From an uncultured Clostridia bacterium (GTDB lineage: Bacteria > Acidobacteriota > Aminicenantia > UBA2199): a stretch of DNA of 64,000 bases. Made by a program: the position numbers and the translations under genes. This document shows, piece after piece, positions 24,853 through 33,607 of the stretch; within the stretch, counting starts at the first letter, position 1; each line of letters opens with the position of its first letter. Location: positions 9,431-73,430 of the forward strand of contig CAZCVI010000029.1 in NCBI GenBank assembly GCA_964502145.1, in the 5' to 3' direction. The notes beneath the pieces were generated by a model that saw only the letters and a list, made by a program, of their open reading frames with translations, was not told the DNA's origin and ran no database searches.

Positions 24853-26477
24853 CCCTTGTTGGTTCCGGTGCTGCCGGTGTGCATTTTGCTCTGAGTGCCC
24901 TGAAAAATGGGCATCAGGTTACCATGCTGGATGTGGGTTACACTGGGCCGCAACCCGTGAACCCCGGACAATCTTTTGTCCGTTTGAAATGCAGTCTTAA
25001 AGATCCGGTCGACTATTTTCTCGGTGAAAAATTCCAGAGTGTTGTATCTCCAGAAAACGACAAGGAGATTTACGGCTTTCCCCCCAACAAACAGTATGTA
25101 TTTACTGTGCCCCCTGGTTTTAAAGAGCATGCCAGTGGTTTTGAACCCCTCTTTTCTTTTGCTGCCGGCGGTCTCGCCCAGGCATGGACTGGTGGGTCTT
25201 ATCCTTTTAATGACGAGGAATTAAAAGAGTATCCCTTTGATTATGCTGCTATCGAACCCTATTATGCCGAGATTGCCCAACGTATTGGCGTTATTGGCAC
25301 ACAGGACGATCTCTCCTCCTATTATCCGCTGCACAAGAACCTGCTCCCGCCCCTGCAATTTGATAACCACTCCCAATTACTCGTGGACCGCTATCAGAAG
25401 AAGCGTGAGAAAGTCCTGCAAAAGTATGGTATTTCCCTTGGGCGGTCCCGTGTTGCGGTATTGAGTCGCGATTTTAATGGGCGGCCTGCCTGTGATTTAT
25501 CCGGGCGCTGTATTTGGGGGTGTCCCACCAATGCCCTTTATGTTCCCGCCATTACCCTCGAACAATGCCGTGCATTTCCTGCCTTTACCTATCTGCCCAA
25601 CCATTGGGTCAGTTATTTTAAATACGATGCCCAGCAACGGATCACCCATGTGGTTGCCAGTCGCCCCGGACAGAGCACCCAGCATGAATTTCCCGTGCAA
25701 CTCTTGGTTTTGGCTGCCGGGACGTTGTCCACTTCTAAAATTTATCTTGATTCTATTTTTCAGAATACCGGCCAGATTCAGCAGTTGCATGGCTTAATGG
25801 ATAACCGTCAGGTTTTGGTGCCGTTTATCACTCCTGCCATGCTGGGCAAAGACTACAACCCCGATTCTTACCAGTACCATCAGTTGGCTATAGGATTTAA
25901 ATGGGGCGAAACCCAGGAATACATTCATGGTCAGGTCACCACCTTAAAAACGGCCCTGATGCAGCCCGTGTTTCAGACTATGCCGCTTGATTGGCACACC
26001 GCCACCTTTTTGGGCCGGAATTTGCATGCCGCGTTGGGCGTGGTGAATATAAATTATTGCGATACCCGGCGGGAGGGCAACACTATTTCCATTTCCCATC
26101 CCGATAGTGCCAACACCATCCCCTCCACCCTCGAAATCGCTTATACGCCACCAGCAGGGGAAAAGAAAAAGATGGCGGACACCATGAAACAGGTAAAAAA
26201 ATTCTTGGCCGCACTCGGTGCTATTGTGCCTCCCGGTCAAGCCCATATGCGACCCATGGGCGCCAGCGTTCATTATTCCGGCACCCTGCCCATGACCGCC
26301 CAGACCGCCCAATCGAACATATCCAACCCCCACACCCTTTCCCCCACGTGCAAGAGCCACAGTTTTGAGAATCTTTATGTGGTAGATGGAGCCGCTTTTC
26401 CTTTTTTACCCGCCAAGAACCTGACCTTCTCGCTGATGGCCAATGCCGCACGGGTCGCCGATTCCATTTCTTTGTGA
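24840..26477 (+). CDS. GMC-family FAD-dependent oxidoreductase
   Basis: VGSGAAGVHFAL (GxGxxG) and C-terminal NLYVVDGAAFPFLPAKNLTFSLMANAARVA, typical of the GMC C-terminal domain. Overlaps the upstream gene by 13 nt. Confidence 0.75.
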   Translation: MARITLVGSGAAGVHFALSALKNGHQVTMLDVGYTGPQPVNPGQSFVRLKCSLKDPVDYFLGEKFQSVVSPENDKEIYGFPPNKQYVFTVPPGFKEHASGFEPLFSFAAGGLAQAWTGGSYPFNDEELKEYPFDYAAIEPYYAEIAQRIGVIGTQDDLSSYYPLHKNLLPPLQFDNHSQLLVDRYQKKREKVLQKYGISLGRSRVAVLSRDFNGRPACDLSGRCIWGCPTNALYVPAITLEQCRAFPAFTYLPNHWVSYFKYDAQQRITHVVASRPGQSTQHEFPVQLLVLAAGTLSTSKIYLDSIFQNTGQIQQLHGLMDNRQVLVPFITPAMLGKDYNPDSYQYHQLAIGFKWGETQEYIHGQVTTLKTALMQPVFQTMPLDWHTATFLGRNLHAALGVVNINYCDTRREGNTISISHPDSANTIPSTLEIAYTPPAGEKKKMADTMKQVKKFLAALGAIVPPGQAHMRPMGASVHYSGTLPMTAQTAQSNISNPHTLSPTCKSHSFENLYVVDGAAFPFLPAKNLTFSLMANAARVADSISL

Positions 26478-26488
26478 GGTAGCCAGCT

Positions 26489-27409
26489 ATGAAGCGTAAT
26501 TTTTTCTTATTTTTGACTCTACTCGTGTTTCTTGGTTTAGGAAGGGAAGTGTTTGCCCAGGAGCTCCCCGATGCTTCCGCCAAAGAGAAAAAATACCGCA
26601 TTGAATTTGCGTTTGGTATGACCAGGAGCAATCCCCAATCCATTTACGTCCGGGATTCTGGTATTGAGCAACTCATTGGGCAATACGCCCGGTTTTATAA
26701 CCTCACCTCTTCCTTTACCGGTGCGTTCAAGCAAAGTAAACTCCTTATCCCCTTTAATCTTGCCTTCCACTATCAACTAAAAAAGAAATTATTCTTGCGA
26801 GCTGGGATTGATTATTCTTTTGGCAAAAATTCTTCCAACAAACTATTTCAGGTGGCTTGGCCCGAATTTAACGAGTCTCACGATTATCTATTAAAAGACC
26901 GAGTCTCTTATATTATGCCGCAGGTTGGTATCGGTTATCGTTTTAATTCTTTAGCTTTATATGGTGCCCTGGGTCTTGGGTTTGTCAGTTTTTCTCATAC
27001 CGAAACACTCCATTATAGCGAACCTAGTTACAGCCATAACATTGAGGAAACCTTTAAAGCCACCAGCACCGCCCCCGGTTTTATCTTTGGTGCCAAATAC
27101 CAGTTGCCTATTCCCAAAAAAATGGCCGACAAATCCTTCCGCTTGTTTGTCAAGTTAGAGGCCGTAATATTAAAAGCCAGCACTTTAAAAGGCAGTAAAA
27201 CCAAAATTGCCTCCAACTCTATTGGTGAAAACATCACCCAAACCATCACTGGAACCTTTTACCAATATGACTGGAATCCTTACGGTGGTCAGGCCATTCC
27301 GTATTGGGATGTTTGTGAAACGTTACCCGCCGCCGCCAGCATTTCTAATCCCAAGAAGATGGCCCTCAATCTCAGCGGAATCCGTTTAATGCTCGGCTTC
27401 TCTTTTTAA
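26489..27409 (+). CDS. Outer-membrane beta-barrel protein
   Basis: Signal peptide FLGLGREVFAQE, alternating-hydrophobic strands, and C-terminal LMLGFSF (terminal Phe). Confidence 0.65.
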   Translation: MKRNFFLFLTLLVFLGLGREVFAQELPDASAKEKKYRIEFAFGMTRSNPQSIYVRDSGIEQLIGQYARFYNLTSSFTGAFKQSKLLIPFNLAFHYQLKKKLFLRAGIDYSFGKNSSNKLFQVAWPEFNESHDYLLKDRVSYIMPQVGIGYRFNSLALYGALGLGFVSFSHTETLHYSEPSYSHNIEETFKATSTAPGFIFGAKYQLPIPKKMADKSFRLFVKLEAVILKASTLKGSKTKIASNSIGENITQTITGTFYQYDWNPYGGQAIPYWDVCETLPAAASISNPKKMALNLSGIRLMLGFSF

Positions 27410-27471
27410 CTTCTTTTTATATCGCCATTGTTCCCCTAAATCCCATCTTGCACAGTGATTTAAAGTTTTAA

Positions 27472-27511
27472 GGATGAATTCAGGTTTCCCTGGATTCACC
27501 ATCATTTTTTT
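27472..27511 (+). terminator. Rho-independent terminator (GGATGAATTCAGG-tttc-CCTGGATTCACC + T7)
   Basis: About 12-bp stem with one bulge and one G-U pair, followed by ATCATTTTTTT. Confidence 0.65.
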
Positions 27512-27564
27512 AAAGCACCACGGATAATTGTGGCAAGCTGGACAAAATTCAAAGGTTTTGGGAA

Positions 27565-27588
27565 GTCCAGTATGTCCAGATAGTCCAG
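27565..27588. repeat. GTCCAG x3 at 9-bp period
   Basis: GTCCAGtatGTCCAGataGTCCAGtc, read directly. Confidence 0.8.
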
Positions 27589-27703
27589 TCTTTCCTCAAA
27601 CGTGATGGTGAATTCAGATTTCGTTTCATCCTTGCTTTTTCTCCTTTTTTGTGGTAAATTAACACTGGATAGATAAATGTCATAAAGATAAGGAGGTATC
27701 CCA

Positions 27704-28303
27704 TTGCGAAAAGATGATTTAACTGCCGATGATTTCCTCTATATAGCCAAAGAACGTGATATCTGGAGCGAAGTCGAACTGATGGAACAAACGATATTTA
27801 TAAATGGCGAGAAAAGCGGGATTAAAAAAGGTCACAAGATTGGCAAAGAAGAAGGCATAGAAGAGGGAAAAATAGAGGGCGAAAAAATTGGCATTGAAAA
27901 AGGGAAAAAAGAAATGGCAAAAATGCTGAAAGAATCTGGTATTGATGCAGAACTCATCGCCCTATCCTCCGGCCTTTCAAAAGCAGAGATCGCACAACTC
28001 TATCGAGCCAGTCGCACTCCTTCTCCCATGGAAAACTTTTCCCTCCTCCCAGTAAAAACGGTTGATCAAGCTTTCGCCGACTTGTTGTCCAGTTTTTCCG
28101 CTCTGGATAAGCAGGACGAAACAGATAAATTGATGCGCCATGCAGGCATAAGTACAACGCAAGCCGGAAGTACTGCCCTGAGGCACATTCGTTCTACCCA
28201 GGATGTCTGCGAAACCCTACCCGACACCACCGGTATTTATAATCCCGTTCAATTATCCCCCAATCTCAACGGTAGCCATCTCATGCTGGGTATTTCTTTT
28301 TAA
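27704..28303 (+). pseudogene. Mosaic ORF assembled from fragments: Rpn/transposase-like C-terminal tail, FADLL-motif fragment (paralogous to the 29228 gene) and a duplicated OMP C-terminus
   Basis: TTG start after AAGGAGG. GIEEGKIEGEKIGIEKGKKEMAKMLKESGIDAELIALSSGLSKAEIAQL resembles the tail of Rpn-family proteins. FADLLSSFSALDKQDETDKLMRHAGIS matches FADLLASFSENDTQGDVAQFMDKAGIT. DVCETLPDTTGIYNPVQLSPNLNGSHLMLGISF matches DVCETLPAAASISNPKKMALNLSGIRLMLGFSF. Confidence 0.55.
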
Positions 28304-28321
28304 CCCGAGAACAACTGCACC

Positions 28322-28972
28322 ATGAACGCCAACGACTCCAAACAAACACGGATTGATCAAGCTTATTTGCAAATCAAAAAAATTTACCAGAACCAAGGGC
28401 AACTATACTCCTTTTATAATTTTTACCGCCACTTAACCTGCCCCATCCGGCGAATCTTCCACCTCATTCCAGAGGGGCAGGATTATATCGATGTGGGCTG
28501 TGGATTTGGATTTATTTCCCTGTGGACCGCCCTCGTTTTTCCCAGTGCCACTGTTCTTGGCATGGATGTTGTCAAGTCCAGAATTGATTTTGCCTCTAAA
28601 ATGACCCGTGATATCCAGAATCTTCGTTTTATAGTGAAAGATGTGCGTACCGATCCCATTGATCACGCTGAGGTCGTCCTGCTCATTGACCTGTTTCACC
28701 ATGTCCCCTTTGAGAACCAATTCCCTTTCCTGCAACAACTCCTTGAAAAAAAACCAAAAACCGTGGTGTTTAAAGATATTGATCGCACCCCCTGGTGGAA
28801 GTTCAGGGTCAATTATGTCCAAGATTTCCTCTTTACCCGCGAAGCCACCTATTGCCGCCATAAAGATGAATACATGAATTTTTTCCGTCAGAATGGCTAT
28901 CAAGTGGAATACTTTGATCTCAAAAAAGGGTACATGTATTCCCACTACCTCATCCGCGCCACCAAAGCCTAG
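28322..28972 (+). CDS. Class I SAM-dependent methyltransferase
   Basis: Motif I YIDVGCGFGFISL, then VLGMDV and LLIDLFHH. Confidence 0.75.
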   Translation: MNANDSKQTRIDQAYLQIKKIYQNQGQLYSFYNFYRHLTCPIRRIFHLIPEGQDYIDVGCGFGFISLWTALVFPSATVLGMDVVKSRIDFASKMTRDIQNLRFIVKDVRTDPIDHAEVVLLIDLFHHVPFENQFPFLQQLLEKKPKTVVFKDIDRTPWWKFRVNYVQDFLFTREATYCRHKDEYMNFFRQNGYQVEYFDLKKGYMYSHYLIRATKA

Positions 28973-29100
28973 CCTTTCTTTCTGCTATACGGAAATATTT
29001 TCCCTGCTTTAATCCCACGTTTCTTTTTGCCAGACCCAATTTCCCCGTTAAAATAGACAGTATACCTTCTTAGCACAGAAATCTCTTTTTTTTTAGTTCT

Positions 29101-29116
29101 TGGCACAATTATTGCT
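29101..29116 (+). promoter_or_regulatory. Sigma54 (-24/-12) promoter TGGCAC-N5-TTGCT
   Basis: TGGCACaattaTTGCT, an exact match to the GG-N10-GC consensus core, about 110 nt upstream of the ATG at 29228. Confidence 0.65.
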
Positions 29117-29227
29117 CTTAAAACAAGGAGCTTACTTCACTACCGACCCAGGTACTTATTCCCTGGGCAATTGGACCCCTGTAAGCCTGTAGAAAATTGA
29201 GTTGCTTTAGCAATAGAAGGAGGAAAC

Positions 29228-30151
29228 ATGTATGAGAACATGTCATCGCTGAACCTTTTGGGTTTGAATGAAATATTAGCCACTGGCCGGGTTTCCTGGG
29301 GTCAGTCCACTGATGGAAATGAGAAAACCAGGACTTCGGCCTTTGCCGATCTGTTGGCCAGTTTTTCCGAAAATGATACGCAGGGAGACGTGGCCCAATT
29401 TATGGATAAAGCGGGTATCACTATGCCAGCAGGTTGTTCTTTGCAACAGCTTTATCTGGATGCCATGTTAAAAACCATGAGCACCGATTTTTCCACTGCC
29501 GATACCACGGCTAGCACCAGCACTGCTACCACCGACACTACCACTACTAGTCAAAGTGGGACAACCACAGGCACTACAACCAGTTCCTCCCGGTCGCAAC
29601 AGGAAATCGTGTTAACTGTGGGCAGTGAAAATGCCGAGCTTTTAACCCAGATCAACAACGCCACCAGCTTGGATGAACGGTTGAAGTATGGCACGGCAAT
29701 GCGGGACAAAATTGTGACCGCTCTTCGCGCCGAGGGATACTCCGTGGAAACTACCGGTTCCATTGATAAAATTTCTATCAATGGCCAGGTAATCGATGTG
29801 ATGCAAAACTTGAAAACCCTGGGCATGAATAGTCGTATTCAATACTTGGAAACTCAAAACGGTGGTAATTCCAACGTCAACAATGAAATCACTACCGCCA
29901 TATTAGAAGCCGCCCAGACCGGGATAAATTCACTCTTACAACTCCGCGCTTCCACTGACCCCAGCCAACGGCAGCAACTGGCCTTAACTATCCGTACCCA
30001 AATTGTTGAACAACTCAATGCCAAGGGCTATAACTGTACCGGTGTGTTTGGCAGTGCCGATAAAATTACCCTCAATGGCAACACCTATGACTTTTTGAGT
30101 GGCTTAAATTCCAATAGCTCACAAACCCATTTCCAAGCCCTGAAGGTGTAA
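29228..30151 (+). CDS. Hypothetical protein with a Thr-rich linker and two internally duplicated ~45-aa modules
   Basis: GGAGG RBS. TTASTSTATTDTTTTSQSGTTTGTTTSSS linker. Repeats MRDKIVTALRAEGYSVETTGSIDKISINGQVIDVMQNL and IRTQIVEQLNAKGYNCTGVFGSADKITLNGNTYDFLSGL. Confidence 0.6.
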   Translation: MYENMSSLNLLGLNEILATGRVSWGQSTDGNEKTRTSAFADLLASFSENDTQGDVAQFMDKAGITMPAGCSLQQLYLDAMLKTMSTDFSTADTTASTSTATTDTTTTSQSGTTTGTTTSSSRSQQEIVLTVGSENAELLTQINNATSLDERLKYGTAMRDKIVTALRAEGYSVETTGSIDKISINGQVIDVMQNLKTLGMNSRIQYLETQNGGNSNVNNEITTAILEAAQTGINSLLQLRASTDPSQRQQLALTIRTQIVEQLNAKGYNCTGVFGSADKITLNGNTYDFLSGLNSNSSQTHFQALKV

Positions 30152-30321
30152 CGGCTTAAATATCAGAAAATTTCTCCAAGCGGAACACTGGATATTAACC
30201 TTTGAAAGAATCGCGGAATGTCAGCCATTCTCCTTTTGCGCATGGTTTGGGCGAACCCGAACCTTATGTTCACCCGCGCCAAAAAAGCCAAAAGGAGAAT
30301 GGCAGGCAGAATGTTTTTTTA

Positions 30322-30350
30322 TTGCCAATACCAGTATTTTATTATATAAT
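30322..30350 (+). promoter_or_regulatory. Sigma70-type promoter TTGCCA-N17-TATAAT
   Basis: TTGCCA at 30322-30327, TATAAT at 30345-30350. The ATG at 30357 is only 6 nt downstream, so the mRNA is leaderless or the real start is the ATG at 30384. Confidence 0.6.
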
Positions 30351-30356
30351 ATCCCT

Positions 30357-31667
30357 ATGTCTATCAAAAAAAAGAAAATAAGAATGAAAAAAGGAATAAT
30401 CTTGGTGATTTTTTTGGTACTGGTGAGTCTATGGGGTTGTAAAACCAGTTCTGATATTGTAGACCCTACTCCCCCGCCACCCCCCCCGCCTCCGCCACCT
30501 TTGCAGGAACAATTGATCGGTAAGATGTTTTATGCAGATCGGGCCGCCAACCTCACCTACGATATTTTTACCGCTGACCTTTACATCGTTCCCAAAACCA
30601 CCACCGCCACCTCCAAGACCCAGGAATCCGGCGAATTTGAGGATACCCTGGCCAACGCCCAGCATACCCACCGGACCGATATCGCCGAGGAATCCATCCA
30701 CTTAAAACCGGACCGTGGTACCCTGGTGCGTCAAGGCATTCATAAGTACCGCCATATCCAGTTCAAAGATAGAATCCTCGACCGCGCCGTTATCCGAACC
30801 GCCGCGACCATTGATATCTCCCTCTATGATTTTGCCGTGCGCAACGTCTCCAACATGACCAACTCTAATGTCGATGACTTTGCCGTGAATGTGAACCATA
30901 ACAATCAAATCGTCTTTGTCACCGCGCCCGATGGCCTGGATGTGGATCGCAGCAATACCGAGATCGTGATCATGGATATCACCGACCGCGTCCGTCGCCC
31001 ATTGACCCCCATTAGCGGGCGATACTCCGGGAACAACTGGGACCCGGACTGGAAAAACGACTATACCATTGTCTGGAGCCATAACAACCAGTTCATGGAA
31101 GTCAATATCCAAACTTTGCAGGTCAGCGGTTCACTGCTCCCTGAAATTACCACCCCCCTCTATGATCCCGTCTATTCCCCCGATGGTACCAAGATACTCT
31201 TCAATACCTGGATCGGTTCCAAGAAGAACAGCTTCTTAAAAAACCTCGTTACCGGTTTAATAGAACCCGTGCTGCCCGCCGATTATTACGCTGTTCACCA
31301 GGACGATAATCCCACCTGGGTTTTTTCCAATACCCGTATTGTTGGACATATCTTCATGGATGGTCGTGGACGTTTGTATACCCGCGATTTTACCAGTGGC
31401 TCCTTCCTTATTATCACCGACAATAGCCGCGATTTCCGCTACGTGCGCCCCATCTTGGTCAGCTCCACCCTCTATTTTATTTTTTCCGATTGGACTGATA
31501 AAAACCACGTCGCCCTGTGGATCGCCAATGAAAACGGGAACTATCTGCGTGAACTCAATCAAACCGGCGATGAAATCGTGTTTCTCTCTCTCGGTTTCGC
31601 CCCACCCCAAACCGACGCAGAAATGGACACCATTACCCGGCTCTATCTGGGGCAATTCCATTTTTAA
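30357..31667 (+). CDS. Lipoprotein with a poly-proline linker and beta-propeller-like domain; paralog of 12966..13991 with a ~100-aa insertion
   Basis: LVSLWGC lipobox-like motif and a P12 tract. Motifs GNNWDPDWKNDYTIVWSH, GRLYTRDFTSGSFLIITDNSRDFRYV and LWIANENGNYLRELNQTGDE. An alternative start at 30384 is possible. Confidence 0.7.
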   Translation: MSIKKKKIRMKKGIILVIFLVLVSLWGCKTSSDIVDPTPPPPPPPPPPLQEQLIGKMFYADRAANLTYDIFTADLYIVPKTTTATSKTQESGEFEDTLANAQHTHRTDIAEESIHLKPDRGTLVRQGIHKYRHIQFKDRILDRAVIRTAATIDISLYDFAVRNVSNMTNSNVDDFAVNVNHNNQIVFVTAPDGLDVDRSNTEIVIMDITDRVRRPLTPISGRYSGNNWDPDWKNDYTIVWSHNNQFMEVNIQTLQVSGSLLPEITTPLYDPVYSPDGTKILFNTWIGSKKNSFLKNLVTGLIEPVLPADYYAVHQDDNPTWVFSNTRIVGHIFMDGRGRLYTRDFTSGSFLIITDNSRDFRYVRPILVSSTLYFIFSDWTDKNHVALWIANENGNYLRELNQTGDEIVFLSLGFAPPQTDAEMDTITRLYLGQFHF

Positions 31668-31774
31668 ATAATTAGAGAAGTGCCCTTTTTCCAACAATAT
31701 ATGGTATAATACCCAATGTATCAAAGTTTATAAAACAATAACAATAAAACAAGTTAATGTGGAGGTTAAAAGTA

Positions 31775-33559
31775 ATGAAGATAACAAAAGAAAGAGTGTT
31801 CTTAAAAACCCTCTTAACCATGATATGCATCTCGTTTGTGCTGTTCCCCGCTGTCCTTACAGCGGCTGAAAATTGGGTTGGTCCCATTCCTGTGGCCAAC
31901 AAATCGGGACACTTTTATTTCAAACCCGAAATCGGATTCTCTCCCAGTGGAGCGGTATATATCGTGTATCGCGAAAAAGACCCCGCTGGTAATTCCGATA
32001 TTATCCTGTGTTTTTATGATGGCAAAACCATGACCTATCAGAACGTATCCAATGGGGCCAGCTTCTTTGGTGGCTATAGAGCCTATGAATCCGATCTCTC
32101 CATCACCGAGGATGGGAAAGTGCATGTGGCCTGGACCATCTTTGATCGTAACGCCCCTGGCGTTCATCATGTCAAATACCGTTACCTTGATGGCACCACG
32201 TGGTCACCCATTATTAATCTCCATTCCGTGAACATGCGAACCGACGATGATATGATGGACCTGCGCGTGGAAGTAGACAGCAAAGGCAACGTCCATTGCG
32301 TGTACCAGGAAGAAGTCGCCATGAGATGCTGGTACGTAGCCAAATATGGGGCTACCGTCCTCCCCCCGGTTGCACTTCAAGGTGGAGCTCAAACCAAACA
32401 CCCGGACTTGGCCGTGGACGACAACTATGTTCACGCTATCTGGATGTATAAAATTGGTTTCCCCTATACCATCAATTACCAAAAATGGGAAAACAAGATC
32501 AATGGTGCCCGCGGCCCAGTTCAACAACTTACCTTCCCCAAGGGCGAGTCCTCCAGTCAAAAGTCCCGTATTGATCTTGACAGCCAGGGCTTTTTGCACT
32601 TTGCCGAGTTCTATAAAACCGATATCCTGAAAAAATTAAAATATTATAAAGAGTTACCCGGTGGCGGCTTCACCACTCCCGTGAATGTCACCGACCCAAA
32701 CAACCTGATGCTCTATCATTGGGCTGCTCTGGAAGTAAAAGACAATTCGATTTTTACCAGCGTCCAATTGGGTGGTTCTTTGGGTGGTGATGGGCTCTTT
32801 TATAACTGGCAGAAAAACGGTGTGTGGGGAGGCTATGCTGGCATTCCTAACACCGGTGGTTGCGTGCATCAGAGTGCCGACCTCTCCGCTGATGGTCAGA
32901 TCGCCGCGATTGCTTACGGTGTCACCGAAAGCGCCATCATGCTTGTCAGTACCGCACCCATTTCTGATACCGGTGGTTTAAAAGCTGAATTCACCACTCC
33001 CAGCCATATTTTTGCTGGTTCGGCTGCTACATTTGATGCGTCTCAATGCGTGACCTTGAACCCCACATTCCAAATTGCTTCCTATGAGTGGGCTTTTGGT
33101 GATGGTGTTATCCAATCCACGGGTACTTCTTCCATCACCCATAACTATTCAATTCCCGGCCAGACTGTTCCCGTTAGTCTCAAGATTACCGCTACCACCG
33201 GACAAATGGGACGGATCACCAAGGATGTGCAGATTCACGCGTTATACAGCGGTCTAATCACCGCTATTACCAGCAAAAGAATCCGCACTCTCCTGTACAA
33301 TCGCATGGCCAATTTGGTGGAATGGACAGCCAATCCTAAAAATGTGGCGGCTGGGTATCCCACTATCGTCAGCTATGAAATCTGGAGAGCCATTGACCAG
33401 GGCGTGGTCGGCAATCCTCAGTTTCAACTCCTCGGTCAAGTTGATGCCAACGTAAACCGGTTCCTGGATTACCAGGGGGTTGAAGAAAACGTGCGCTATA
33501 TGTACGCTATCGTCAGTGTGGACAGTGCCGGGCACAAAAGCCCTTATAGCAACCAATAG
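31775..33559 (+). CDS. Secreted surface protein: beta-propeller-like repeat region + one PKD domain + Fn3-like C-terminal domain; paralog of 35550..37601
   Basis: GGAGG RBS before the ATG at 31775 (ORF track start 31757). Signal peptide. Repeated ..VH.AW.. strands. PKD segment YEWAFGDGVIQSTGTSSITHNYSIPGQTVPVSLKITA. C-terminus YMYAIVSVDSAGHKSPYS. Confidence 0.7.
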   Translation: MKITKERVFLKTLLTMICISFVLFPAVLTAAENWVGPIPVANKSGHFYFKPEIGFSPSGAVYIVYREKDPAGNSDIILCFYDGKTMTYQNVSNGASFFGGYRAYESDLSITEDGKVHVAWTIFDRNAPGVHHVKYRYLDGTTWSPIINLHSVNMRTDDDMMDLRVEVDSKGNVHCVYQEEVAMRCWYVAKYGATVLPPVALQGGAQTKHPDLAVDDNYVHAIWMYKIGFPYTINYQKWENKINGARGPVQQLTFPKGESSSQKSRIDLDSQGFLHFAEFYKTDILKKLKYYKELPGGGFTTPVNVTDPNNLMLYHWAALEVKDNSIFTSVQLGGSLGGDGLFYNWQKNGVWGGYAGIPNTGGCVHQSADLSADGQIAAIAYGVTESAIMLVSTAPISDTGGLKAEFTTPSHIFAGSAATFDASQCVTLNPTFQIASYEWAFGDGVIQSTGTSSITHNYSIPGQTVPVSLKITATTGQMGRITKDVQIHALYSGLITAITSKRIRTLLYNRMANLVEWTANPKNVAAGYPTIVSYEIWRAIDQGVVGNPQFQLLGQVDANVNRFLDYQGVEENVRYMYAIVSVDSAGHKSPYSNQ

Positions 33560-33607
33560 TGAATCGGAAACCTGTACTTCGATAATACAAATGAGGAGAA
33601 TTTCCAT

